From NCBI RefSeq assembly GCF_004010195.1, contig NC_057754.1, positions 11,044,911 to 11,108,910 on the forward strand: a stretch of DNA of 64,000 nt. The letters are read 5' to 3'. Numbering within the stretch: position 1 is the first letter of the stretch; each line of letters opens with the position of its first letter. The notes below the pieces were generated by a model that saw only the letters and a program-made list of their open reading frames with translations, had not been told where the DNA came from and searched no databases. The DNA comes from Chiloscyllium plagiosum (lineage: Eukaryota). A program made the position numbers and the translations under genes. Below, piece by piece: positions 13,920 through 25,170 of the stretch.

Positions 13920-14300
13920 TTAGGAGCAGAAAGACCATTCAGTCCATCAACTCTGCTTGACTATTCAATGGGCTTATGTCTGATCTGTCAAGACTCAACT
14001 GCATTTTCTTACCTTTTTTGAGAACTCTTGGAACTCTTACTAATGAAAACCTATCCATCTTAGTCTTGAATATACTTAATGACCCAGCCTTGATACCTTC
14101 TGCTGTGAAGAATTACACAGATTCACAACCTCTGAGAGAATAAATTCCACCTCATCTCTGTCTTAAATGTGAAACTTTGTGAGATTATATCCTGTCAACT
14201 TAAACTATCTTGGATCAGGAACCCACTTTTCCACATCCAACTTATCAAATTTGCGAATACCTACATGCTTCAACAGAATAGACTTTTGTTTCTGTTGTGC
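13920..14300 (-). mobile_element. CR1 3' tail fragment
   Basis: Reverse complement of the CR1 3' end, the same type as the 1866-2200 region. Confidence 0.65.
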
Positions 14301-14464
14301 AATGGCTGGCTGTTGAAGATGATGGCTTTTGGGGCTGCCTTCCATTTGTTTTCATCTCTGATAATGAACTCTCACCGATTCTGAGAGATCTCCTCTCTTT
14401 GCTGGTGTTAAAGTCAGGAATTCTTGTTCATTTTAAGAGTTTGTACAGAAACAATTCCTCCTCA

Positions 14465-14536
14465 TTCCCTGATCAGGAATCATACCCATGAAACAGCAGG
14501 GAGTGCACCAAATCATAACCATCAGACCACCAAGGA
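14465..14536 (-). pseudogene. tRNA-Glu(CTC)-derived pseudogene, full 72-nt length
   Basis: Minus strand TCCTTGGTGGTCTGATGGTTATGATTTGGTGCACTCCCTGCTG...GGGTATGATTCCTGATCAGGGAA has tRNA-Glu ends and many CpG-type transitions. Confidence 0.75.
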
Positions 14537-14749
14537 ATGCATCAGGATGCTCACAACATTTCTTAATGACACAGTTCTTGGCATTTTTTTCATTTAAGTT
14601 ATGAAATGATTGCGAATCACTGAGTTTTAAACAGCATGGAAAGAGATCTTTTAAACCTTCATATCAATGCTGGTCATCAAGTAACCATTGCTTCTAAACC
14701 CTGTATCTAGCACTTGACTTGTAGCCTTGTCTGCTCTGATGTTTGAAGA

Positions 14750-16640
14750 GTCATAGAGTCCGACAGCATGGAGACAGGCCCTCTGGCCCAAGCTGATCCA
14801 TATCAACCAAATTGTCCATCCACTCTAATCCAATTTCCCTGCACTTGGCCTAGATCCTTCTTAACTTTTCCTATCTGTGTATTTGTCCAAATGCCTTTTA
14901 CCTGTTAATGTACCCTCCTCAATCACTTCCATTGACAGCTCATTCCATGTGCGTACCACCCTCTGTGCTAAAAACATTACCTCTCAGGTTCCCTTTTATT
15001 CTTTCTCTCTAAATGATGCCTTCTAGTCCTCGATTCCCCAACCCTGGGAAAAAGAGAGTTGCTTCATTCACCCTGTCCATGCCTCTCATGATTTTGCACA
15101 CTTCTGTATTCTTCCCTCTGTCTACTATGTTCTAAAGAAAAAGGTCCTAGCTTGTCCAACCTCTCCCTATTACTCAAACCATTGAGTCCTGGCAACATCC
15201 TTATAAATTTCTTCTGCACTCTTTCCAGTTTAATATATTCTTCCTAAGAGCAAAGTGATCAAAATTGAGCACAATACTCCAAATGCACCCTCATCAACGT
15301 CCTGTATAACTGCAATATAACTTCCCAAACTCTATACTCAATGCCCTGGCTGGTGAAGACCAGTGTGCCAGGCCCTCTGGCCCAAGCTGATCCATATCAA
15401 CCAAATTGTCCATCCACTCTAATCCAATTTCCCTGCACTTGGCCTAGATCCTTCTTAACTTTTCCTATCTGTGTATTTGTCCAAATGCCTTTTAAATGCT
15501 GTTAATGTACCCTCCTGAATCACTTCCATTGACAGCTCATTCCATGAGCATACCACCCTCTGTGTTAAAAACATTGCCTCTCAGGTTCCCTTTTATTCTT
15601 TCTCTCTAAATGATGCCTTCTAGTCCTCAATTCCCCAACCCTGTCCATGCCTCTCATGATTTTGCACACTTCTGTATTCTTTCCTCTGTCTACTATGTTC
15701 TAAAGAAAAAGGTCCTAGCTTGTCCAACCTCTCCCTATTACTCAAACCATTGAGTCCTGGCAACATCCTTATAAATTTCTTCTGCACTCTTTCCAGTTTA
15801 ATATATTCTTCCTAAGAGCAAAGTGATCAAAATTGAGCACAATACTCCAAATGCACCCTCATCAACGTCCTGTATAACTGCAATATAACTTCCCAAACTC
15901 TATACTCAATGCCCTGGCTGGTGAAGACCAGTGTGCCAAAAGCATTCTTCACTGTTCTGTCTATCTGTGACTCCACTTTCAGAGGACAATACACCTGAAC
16001 TCCAAGGTCCCTGTACACTCCTTAAGTCACTACCATTCACCATGATTTGACTTTTCAAAATGGAAGACCTCACATTTATCTGTATTAAACTCTATTTGCC
16101 ATTTCTCAACACACTTCCCCAGCTGATCAAGGTCCTGCTGCAATTTCTGATAACTTGCCTCACTGTCCACGATACCACTTATTTCAGTGTCATCTGCAAA
16201 CTTACCAACCATGCCTTGTACAGTCTCAACCAAATCATTGATATAGATAACTACCAGCAATGGGCCCAACACTGACTCCTGAGTCACTCCACTACTCCCA
16301 GGCCTCTGGTCTGACAAGCATCCTTCCACTATTACCCTCTTCTTCCTACCATCAAGCCAATTGTGTATGCAATTTGCTAGCTCCCCATGGATTCCAAGCG
16401 ATCTAAGCTCCCAGGGCAGTCTTCCATGTAGAACCTTATCATAGGCCTGACTGAAATCTACATAGACTATGTCTACTACCCTGCTCTCACCAACCTCCCT
16501 GGTCACTCCATTAAAGAACTCTAACAAATTTTGTGAGGCACAATCTCCCATGCACAAAGCCTTGTTGACTCCTCATCAAACCGTCTTTCCAAATGTATAA
16601 ATATCTTACCTCAGAATTTTCTCAAGTAACTTGCTCATCT
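14750..16640 (-). mobile_element. CR1 3' half (RT) containing a ~0.58 kb tandem duplication
   Basis: ORF 16030-16557 has DIVYVDFSQAYDKV, SVLGPLLVVIYINDL and KFADDT. 14777-15370 is repeated at 15371-15938. Confidence 0.9.
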
Positions 16641-16804
16641 AAATAGTTCGTCAATATCTTGAGGTTTTTAGTAGAACACCAACAGTTCTTTCAGCCCATG
16701 ACAGTAAACATTGCCATTTGCTGGAACATGGAACCCACATTTTCTTTCTTAAAGACAGTTCTGAAAGCCAGGAATCTTTCTTTGAGCTGTTTCCTACATT
16801 TTCT

Positions 16805-16970
16805 GATGACGCCAACAGTGTGGCTTGAATTCCCTAACTGGCTGAGGTTACCATGAGTGACTCTCCTTCGCAGCGTCTCTGCTCATCAAATGTGTGGTAT
16901 CCCACAGGCTAAACCACCATGAACCATTTCTGTCTGATGAGAATCCAGTATGAGTTTGGAGACTTTATCT
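16805..16970 (+). mobile_element. Old SINE-like repeat (second copy at ~44875-44996, minus strand)
   Basis: Shared blocks GCCAACAGTGTGG..GAGGTTAC..TGTGGT..CAGG(C/G)TAAACCACCA occur in both copies. Confidence 0.5.
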
Positions 16971-17471
16971 TTTAATAAGTGGCTCAATGTCAGACTTTGT
17001 TACATAACATCCCTGGGGAGTGAAAGGGACTTTTAATTCTTCATTCAATGGTATTCTTATACCACTTGTCTTTGTAGGAGATAATAGAAAGATTGCTGTT
17101 ACATACTGAAAGAAATAAATTCAAAACAACAGTGGCCAATTTGCCCAGTATTCCCAATGCTGGTCAATGCCCATCTGCAGCAGTGATGATCTCTGGGCAT
17201 GCGCAGTATTTTACCCACCTGCAGATCGCTTGGCTCATATGCTGTGGGAGAAATCCGAGTGGCCTTTTTTTTCTCTTCTCCACAAAAGGTCTCTTTTGCG
17301 GAGGAGGAGTGGTGAGGCAATGGACAGGGCGGTTGAATGTAGAAGCTTTTTATAAACACTTTGTGGGTGGGGCAGACCCCGAATAAATAAACTATTTGCT
17401 CCTGTTTCACAAAATGGGACAACAGTAAGCCTCCTCTTGGCATATAACGGCTGCCATCGTTGTAGGTAGAC

Positions 17472-18135
17472 AAGCAGAACGCTGGAAGAACACAGCAAGC
17501 CAGGCAACAGCAGGTGGAGAAGTCGACATTTCAGGGGTGGGGATAGGTGAAGACAGGTAGAGGTTGGTCAATGGGAGGAATGAATTGGATTGGTGGCTTA
17601 GAGGAATGGGAGGGAGGGGGAAGGACTGGGAAGGGAGATTACTTGAAATTGGAGAGTTGAGTCCTCAGGGCTGTATGCTGCCCAGGCAAAAGATGAGGTG
17701 CTGCTCCTCCAATTTGCAGAGGATTCGTTGTGGAAATGGGAAGGGGAATTTAAATGGGTGGTAACTGAGATGTCCGGGCGGTCCCTGTGGGCCCAGCTGA
17801 GATGCTCAGGAAAACATTCCCTTAGTTTGCATTTGGTCTCTCCGATGTAGTGAAGACCACATTGGGAGCACCAGATAAGGTAATCTCAGGTGGAGGAGCG
17901 GAAGGTGAACCTCTGTGACACCTGGAAGGACTGTTTGGGGCCATGAATAGAGGTGAGGGGGATGGTGTACTGGCAGGTTTTGCATCTTTTCCGGTTGCAG
18001 GGTAAGGTACTTGGAGGTTTGGGTGCAGTTGGTGGGGACACTGGCACAAACCAAGGATTGGCGAAGCTCCTTGCGGAAAGTAGGGAGGGGTGGAGAGGGG
18101 AAGAGGTCCTTGGCGATAGGATCCAAACTGCTCAT
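17472..18135 (-). mobile_element. Penelope-like element 3' fragment (GIY-YIG endonuclease and terminus)
   Basis: Minus strand encodes CGLHYIGETKCKLRECFPEHL...TTHLNSPSH. The terminus resembles other PLE ends in the window (cccctgaaatgtcgacttctcc). Confidence 0.8.
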
Positions 18136-18619
18136 ACGAAGGGTACACATGATTTTTGTATCCTGAAGGCACTCAGAATAAGACAGACTTGATGCAACAC
18201 AGTTTTAATGAAAAGCTGACTTGTATTATTCTTATCCCAAATAAGTCACTGAACCCGTGGTGTTTACAAACATCATCAAAAACAGGTCCAGAAAACATAG
18301 TTTGAAAATAAACAACAGTATCAAAATCCAACACTGAAAGTTCCGACAAAGCTCTTTGCTGTTTAAGCAGTCCTGATGAACCACAAAAATACTTGACAAA
18401 CAATATGCAGGTGGACAGTCCATATCCAGTGTAAAAATACTGATGTACAGAAACATTGTGATCACTTTCAAAACTTACCATAAAAGATACACAACTGTAT
18501 CAACATTTCATTGACAATGTCAGCACCTTAAAGAAAACAGGGTTTAATAATATCAATACAAACAGCCCGATGACCGAGGTTCATTCCTTTGTGTAAGTAA
18601 AAGCAAAACCCTACACCTG

Positions 18620-19610
18620 TGATTCTTTGTGAATTCGCTGGTGTGTTTGCAAACTGCATATCCTTTCACACAAACAGAGCAAGTATACAGCACCCGCCCA
18701 ATGTTATTTCACTGGTGTGTTAACAGTTTGGATGACCGAGTGGATCCCTTCCCACATACAGAACAAGTGAACTATCTCTCCCCAGAGTAAACATGATGAA
18801 GTATCAACAGGTGAATTGACTGTGGGAATGTTTCTCCCTAGTGTCAACTTGCTGGTGACTCCACAGGTGGGATGATTGGGTAAATCTCTTCCCACAATCG
18901 GAGCAGATGAATGGTTTTTCTCCAGTGGGAACCCGCTCCTGTATCTGCAGACGGGAAGACCGACTGAATCCCTTCCCTCACTGGGACCAAGTGAAAGGTC
19001 TCTCCCCAGTGTGAAGTCGCTGGTGAGTCCACAGGTTGGATGACTGAGTAAATCCCATCCCAAATTCTGAACAGCTGATTGGTTTCTCTCCAGTGTGAAT
19101 TTGTTGGCGTTTCAGGAGTCTGGATGACAGAATGTATCCTTTCCCACATTCAAAGCAGGTGAATGGCTTCTCCCCAGTGTGAACTCGCTGATGTATCCAC
19201 AGGTCGGATGATGAAGTGAATCCCTTCTCACAGTTGGAGCAAGTGAATGGTTTCTCCCCTCTGTGACTGTGTTGGTGTAGCCATAAGCTGGATGACCGAC
19301 TGAATTTCATCCCACACTCTGAGCAAGTGAATGGCTTCTACCCAGTGTGAACCCGCTAATGTAACAACAGGTTCAATGACTGAGTGAATCCTATCCCACA
19401 GATGGGGGTAGGTGAATGGTTTCTCTCCAGTGTGACTGCAGTGGTGAGTTTCCAGCTGTGATGTGTAAAGAAATCTCTTCCCACTGTCCCTACATTGCCA
19501 CAGTCGCTCCCCATAGCGATTGCACTGGTGTTTGGACATTTCAGATGAATCTTCACAGATGATATATGTTCCTCTCCAGTGCGAATGATGCTTTTGCCTT
19601 CAATGTTCAA
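18620..19610 (-). pseudogene. C2H2 zinc-finger gene, frameshifted pseudogene (roughly 10 decayed fingers)
   Basis: Fingers such as [27 protein letters not shown] are spread across several frames. N-terminus MNIEGKSIIRTGE. Confidence 0.88.
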
Positions 19611-19984
19611 AATCCTGAAATAATTAGGTTATTACAAACAAAATGACTGTCAGACCTTGATACGGTTTTGTTTGAAATCTCTCATTGCAAAACAATTCAA
19701 ACAGAAAACAAATGTATTAGGATTAATCAGAAGAACGCAGGTTGTAAAACTGAGAAAAATTAATTTGGTCACTCGTGGAGATGGCACTTAGGAAAACTGC
19801 TGGGTGATCTTTAAAACTGTACTGGTTCCTAACAGTCCTTCAGAGAAGGGAACCAGTTAATTTTGTGCAAAACTACAGTAAGAGATAGAGGTGGGAGAAT
19901 CAGGCATGGAGAAAAGGCATTTTATAGATCTACAACTAATCTTGACCTTGAATTCTCCCCATATTCTTCAATCCCTTCACAGGG

Positions 19985-21025
19985 CTAAGGACAAGTTCAT
20001 AGCTTGTGGAAAGTGGAGCTTTAGGTAGATCGGGTGTTGAAGAAAGCATTTGGCACACTTGCCTTTATCGGTCAGTGCATTAATCAATTAATGTGTCTGG
20101 ATTTGATCCACACTTTGTTTAGAGTTTGCACATTTGCCCTCTGTCTGCACGGGTTTCCTCCAGGTGCTGTGGCTTCTTCCCACAGTCCAAAGATGTGCAG
20201 GTTAGATGGATTAGCCAAATGAAATGCAGGGTTAAAGGCATGGTGTGGGATGCTCTTTGGATGCATGGTGTGCACCTGTGGACTGAATAGCCTGCTTCCA
20301 TTCAGCAGGGATTCTATGATTGAGTACAGGAGTTGGGAGGTCATGTTGCGGCTATATCGGACATTGGTGAGGCCAATTTTCAAATACTGTGTTCAATTCT
20401 AGTCTCCTTGATTTCGAAAAGATGTTAACAGAGTAGGTTTTAAACACTTAATCGAAAGTTCCTGGGAAGTGATGCTGAACAAAGAGACCCTGGAGTGCAG
20501 GTTCATAGTTCCTCAAAAGTGGAGTCGCAGGTAGACAGAATAGTGAAGAAGGCATTTGGTACGTGAGCTGTTATTGGTCAGCGCATTTATTAAAGGAGCT
20601 GGATGCACATGTTGCAGCTGTAAATGTCATTGATTAAGCCACTTTTGGAGTACTGCATTCAATTCTGGTCTCCCTGCTATAGGAAAGCTATTAGAAAACT
20701 TGAACCAGTTCAGAAAAGATCTACAAGGATGTTGTCAGGGTTGGAGGGTTTGAACTACGGTTGAGGCTGAATAATAGGCTGGGGGTATTTTCCCAAGAAC
20801 ATTGGAGGAGGAGAGATGGCCTTACGTAAGTCTTTAAAAACGGATAGCGTGAATAGTCAAGGTATTTTTCCCAGGCTAGGGTAGTACAAACTAGAGAGGA
20901 TCAGTTTAACGTGATAAGGGAAAGTTTTAAAAGGGACTTAAAGTGCATGTTTAGAATGAGCTGGTCAGCATGGACGGGTTGAACTAAAAGGTCTGTTTCT
21001 CTCCTGTACATCTCTATGACTCTAT
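19985..21025 (+). mobile_element. CR1 3' fragments with an embedded partial V-SINE (~20118-20320)
   Basis: KKAFGTLAFIGQCI occurs twice, together with V-SINE core sequence and a CR1 tail ending ...ctctatgactctatg. Confidence 0.8.
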
Positions 21026-21049
21026 GTTGTTAAACTTGAAAGATTTCAT

Positions 21050-21800
21050 GAAAACATAGAAAATAGGTGCAAGAGTAAGCTATTTGGCCCTTCGATCCTG
21101 CACCACCATTCAATCCAAATAATGGGTGATTATGCAATCTCAGTATCTCTTTCCTGCCCTCTCCCCAAACCTCGATCTCTTTAGCTGCAAGGGCCATGTT
21201 TAATTCCCTTTTGAATATATCCAATTAATTGGCCTCAACGGCTTCCTGTGGGAGAGAATTACACAGGTTCACAACTCTGAAAAAACTCTTCCTCATCGGC
21301 TTACCCCTTAGTCTTAGACTGTGACCCCTTGTTCTGGGCTTGCTAACATCGGGAACATTCTTCCTGCATCGAGCTAATTCAATCTTATCATGATTTTATA
21401 TATTTCTATGAGATAGTCCCTCATTCTTCTACATTCCAGCGAATACAAGCCCAGTCAATCCAGTCTTTCCTCATGTCAGTCCTGTAATCCCAGAAATCAG
21501 TCTGGTGAACTTTCGCTGGATTTCCTCAATAGCAAAAATGTCCTTCCTCAGACTAAGAGATTAAAACTGCACATAATACCCAAGATGTGGCCTCACCAAG
21601 GACCTGCATAACTGCAGCAAGACATCCGTCCTCCAATACTCAAATTGTCCCGCGATGAAGGAGAGCATGCTATTAGGTTTCCTTACTGCCTACTACACCT
21701 GCATCCCAACCTTCAGCAACTGTTCCACCATGACACCCAGGTCTTATTACACCCTAGCCTTTCCTAATCTGTCACCATTCAGATAATAAAATGTCTTCCT
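21050..21800 (-). mobile_element. CR1 3' fragment
   Basis: DIFKRELNMALAAKEI and a CR1 3' UTR on the minus strand. Confidence 0.8.
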
Positions 21801-21804
21801 GTTT

Positions 21805-22410
21805 CAGAAAAGATTTAAAAGGGGATATTCCTAGGATTGCAGAGTTTGAGCTGAAGGGAAAGGCTGAAGAGGCTGGAAACTCAGAGGCTGAGGGGTTACC
21901 TTCTGAAGGAGCATGAATATGGTGAATAGCCAAGGTCTTTCTCCCCGCAGGGCGAGGGAGTTCAAAACTAGAGGGGATAGACTTAGCGTGAGAGGGGAAA
22001 AGATTTAAAAGGGATGGGAGAGGTAATCTCTTCACTCAGAGGTCGGTGCATGTATGAAACTAGCTGCCAGAGTTGCTGGTGAATGTAGCACAATTACAAC
22101 ATTTAACTGGCATTTGGAAGGGTCCATGAATAGGAAATGTTGAGAGTGATATGGGCCAAATACTCACAAATGGGTCAAGATCAGTTTAGGGTATCTCGTC
22201 AATATGGATGAGTTGGTGCTGTATAACTCTATGACGCTTAAGCAAAATGGTGGAAATCTGAAATAATCTGAAACAATTAATAAGTTTATAAAATAATGAG
22301 AGGTATAAATAGAGTTGATGGTAGTTCTCTTGTCCCTAAGATGCAAATTTCAATACCGGGGAGGATCTTAAGAGGCAATTTTTTTGCACAGAGGGTGGTT
22401 TGTGTGTGGA
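21805..22410 (+). mobile_element. CR1 3' fragments
   Basis: GNFFAQRVVCVW-type motifs and CR1 tail. Confidence 0.72.
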
Positions 22411-22419
22411 AGTTCAACA

Positions 22420-22770
22420 GGGAGCTGTGTGGAAACTCTCTCACTCTCTCTTTCTGCCTCTCAACTTCAACCTGTAAGCATGTGTTCCAATTATACTGGT
22501 TTTTAAAGGAAATTTGCTTACTGAGGCTGTTGTGTATATTCGGAACAGACTAGTTGGATAAGCTGAGTTCTGCAGGGGGTCCTTATTCTGTTCTTTGCAT
22601 TTCATTGTGTAATTTAGTGAATAAATTTTTGTCTGTTTTAAAATCTAGTAGTCAACCTAGCTAACTTATTCCGGGTAATTTTCACTGTACGCTTACTGAA
22701 ACAAATTGCAAAATTATGGTCTGAGCTGCCTGTTTAAGAATGATCTGAGTGGTCTGAGTAGTCCATAACA
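22420..22770 (+). mobile_element. Probable 3' half of an LTR (solo-LTR fragment)
   Basis: AATAAA near 22620 and a terminal ...gtccataaca, flanked on both sides by CR1 sequence. Confidence 0.4.
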
Positions 22771-22771
22771 C

Positions 22772-23690
22772 TCACCAACTGATCAAGCAAAAGCCCCCAA
22801 GTGGAGATTTGTCCCAGCTCTGCCCGGGGGCAACCGGTCAGGCTTGTACAGGTCCCAACTAACCCAGAAATGGTTCCAATGCCTGATGAGTCTAAATCCT
22901 TCCCTGGTACACCAATTCTCCAACCACATATTCAGCTGATCTCTCGGATTATTCCTGCTCATGCTAGGATGTGGCATTGGGAGCAAGTCTGACGTTATTA
23001 CATTTGAGGACTTACATTTTCATGGGTTGTCTACCCTCCTATATTCAGCTTTCAGGTCCTCATCTCTTTGTTTATCTGCCTGCCTGTTTGGCCTCCAGCT
23101 CCAGAAGATCCTGCAGCTGCTCCATGATATTGTGGATCCTGACACTAGGAAGGTAACACACCATCCTAGATTCATGCCTGCGGCCACATAAGTGCCTGTT
23201 TGTACCTCTGACTATTAAATTTCCTATCATTGTTGCCCTGGCAGTCTCATTCCTCCCCTTCTGTGTAGAAGAGCTATCTGTGGTGTCATGAACCTAACTG
23301 TTGCTGATTTCCCCGAGAAGCCACTCCACTCACACCCCCTCCCCCCACAATCCCAAAAGAATCCAAAGTAGTATATCTGTTTGAGAAGGGGATGATGACT
23401 GGGGATTCCTGCACTCCCTCAGCTTTTTATTTCACTTTACCCTTTCTGCCTGAGTAATCCTCACGTGCGGTGAGACCAACTCACTAAATGTGCTGACCTC
23501 AACAATCTCAGGTTCGCAGATGCTCCACAGCGGGTCTGCCCACAGCTCCAAAAAGTAGTTCCTCAGTAGCTGCAGATGGATACCCATAGCCATCAAGCAC
23601 ACTGGAAGCAGCCCTTATTTCCCAAATTGTGCAAGAACAGCACATGACAGGTCTGAGATCTCCTGTCAAGACCTCTCTCTAGATTCAGCT
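22772..23690 (-). mobile_element. CR1 ORF1 (SGNH esterase-like) fragment
   Basis: QLNMWLENWCTREGFRLIRHW..WDLYKPD, homologous to ORF1 of the 7-11 kb element. Confidence 0.8.
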
Positions 23691-24679
23691 AGTTACTTCT
23701 GTTAAGAGAATTTAAATGAGCTAGTGATCTTCCTTAATTTCAAACACTTCCAGTATAATCAAAAGCACCTCCCTTTCAGTTGATATATTATACTTTCAAA
23801 ACTGTAGGAAAATACTCTATTGGTATCACTTACAAATTAGCAGCTCCAATTGTGACCATGTGAGTTTCTGAACTGCCTGAACAGAGATTGAACACCATAC
23901 TCAATCTTTCAGCTTCATCATCTTCCTGTCTCATTTGTCTATTTTCACCCAACCCCAAAGCACTCTATTGAGTCAAGCAGAAATCGTAGTGCAGCCTTGT
24001 CATTTAATTGTCTGCTCATACCTGCACTGATCTCAGCTACCTGCACTGTTCCATGAGAGCTCAGGGACCAGCATCTTATCTTTCAATTCAGCTCTTTATA
24101 ACCTCCAAGCTCAACAGACAGAGGTCAGGATCTGGAATGTTCCACCTGAAAAGGTGGTGGAATTCAAGTCCGTAGAAAATTTAAAAGGAAATTTTCAGGT
24201 CGTTCAGAACGAGGAGCTTATAGGCTAAATCAGGAAGTGGGTGATTGTGACTAAACATGACTGTGCTTTCAAAGAGATGAGGTGTAAGTTGGATAACTCC
24301 GTGCTCCCTCTCAGGACATCTTTCTCAGCAAACTGAGCACATACCCCAAGGGTGACCTAATCACCAACATAAAGGTCTTGCTGCTTTCCGATTTACAAAC
24401 ATATCAGAGATATTTTCCCGCAGTCACAACAGACAAATCTTTTTTTCCATCCAGAGTTAAATGGCAATGATGTTTAGATCAGTATTCAGATCCTGATGGC
24501 TATGCTGACTATTAGAACTTGCTTGGAGATCGCGGTCTCAATTATTCTCAAGCAATACCCTGTAAAACGATTTCACTAAAAGAAAAATCACTGTCTGTCC
24601 AGTATAGAAATCTAGAAAAGACAAAACATTTCTTTTGGCTTCAGTTTGCTGTGTGCAGTAAGGACTCCTCTTCAAATCG

Positions 24680-25170
24680 CCCCGCCTCCACCACGGAAGA
24701 AGCATGCGCGTTCCTGTCCATTGTCCTCAACAAAGATGGCGGCGGCAACCTGCTTTCTCTACACGCCTGGGGCCCGCAGCTGTTTTCACGTTTTATTGCG
24801 GGACAGAGAGTTTCTCATTCGGGAGCAGCGGCCCTCACCGAATCATCAGAAAACCTCGCAGTCCAGACTGACTCCATATGTCTCCCGACTTCTCCGGTTT
24901 CGCTCTACCTTTCCCGTATCCTCTTGCACTCACTCCGGTCACCACTCACACAGCACAACGCCAGCGGAATTGATTGTCACGTGTTGTCACGCTCGCCCCC
25001 CCCATTCACTCCCATTGGTTGAAGGACCAGCCACAGCCGCCAAGCCCGCCCACTCTGCCGTCAATCAGCGGGGCCCCATCTCTGGGATGAAGTACATCTT
25101 TCACTGTGACGCGGGCAATATCACAGAGCACAGGGGCTGGTGGCTATTGGGGCTGCACATTCTCCCTCCG
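24680..25170 (-). promoter_or_regulatory. CpG-rich promoter/first-exon region, paralogous to the 36.5 kb ZNF promoter
   Basis: High CpG density. YY1 core AAGATGGCGGC at 24733-24743, GCATGCGC near 24702, CCAAT boxes, GCCGTCAATCA at 25057-25067, and a minus-strand GTGAGT donor at 24944-24949. Confidence 0.65.

Noticed and set aside
17190..17465. GCATGCGCA (NRF1-type) site with some CpGs as a third promoter
   Set aside because: Lacks the shared ZNF promoter module and any assignable exon.
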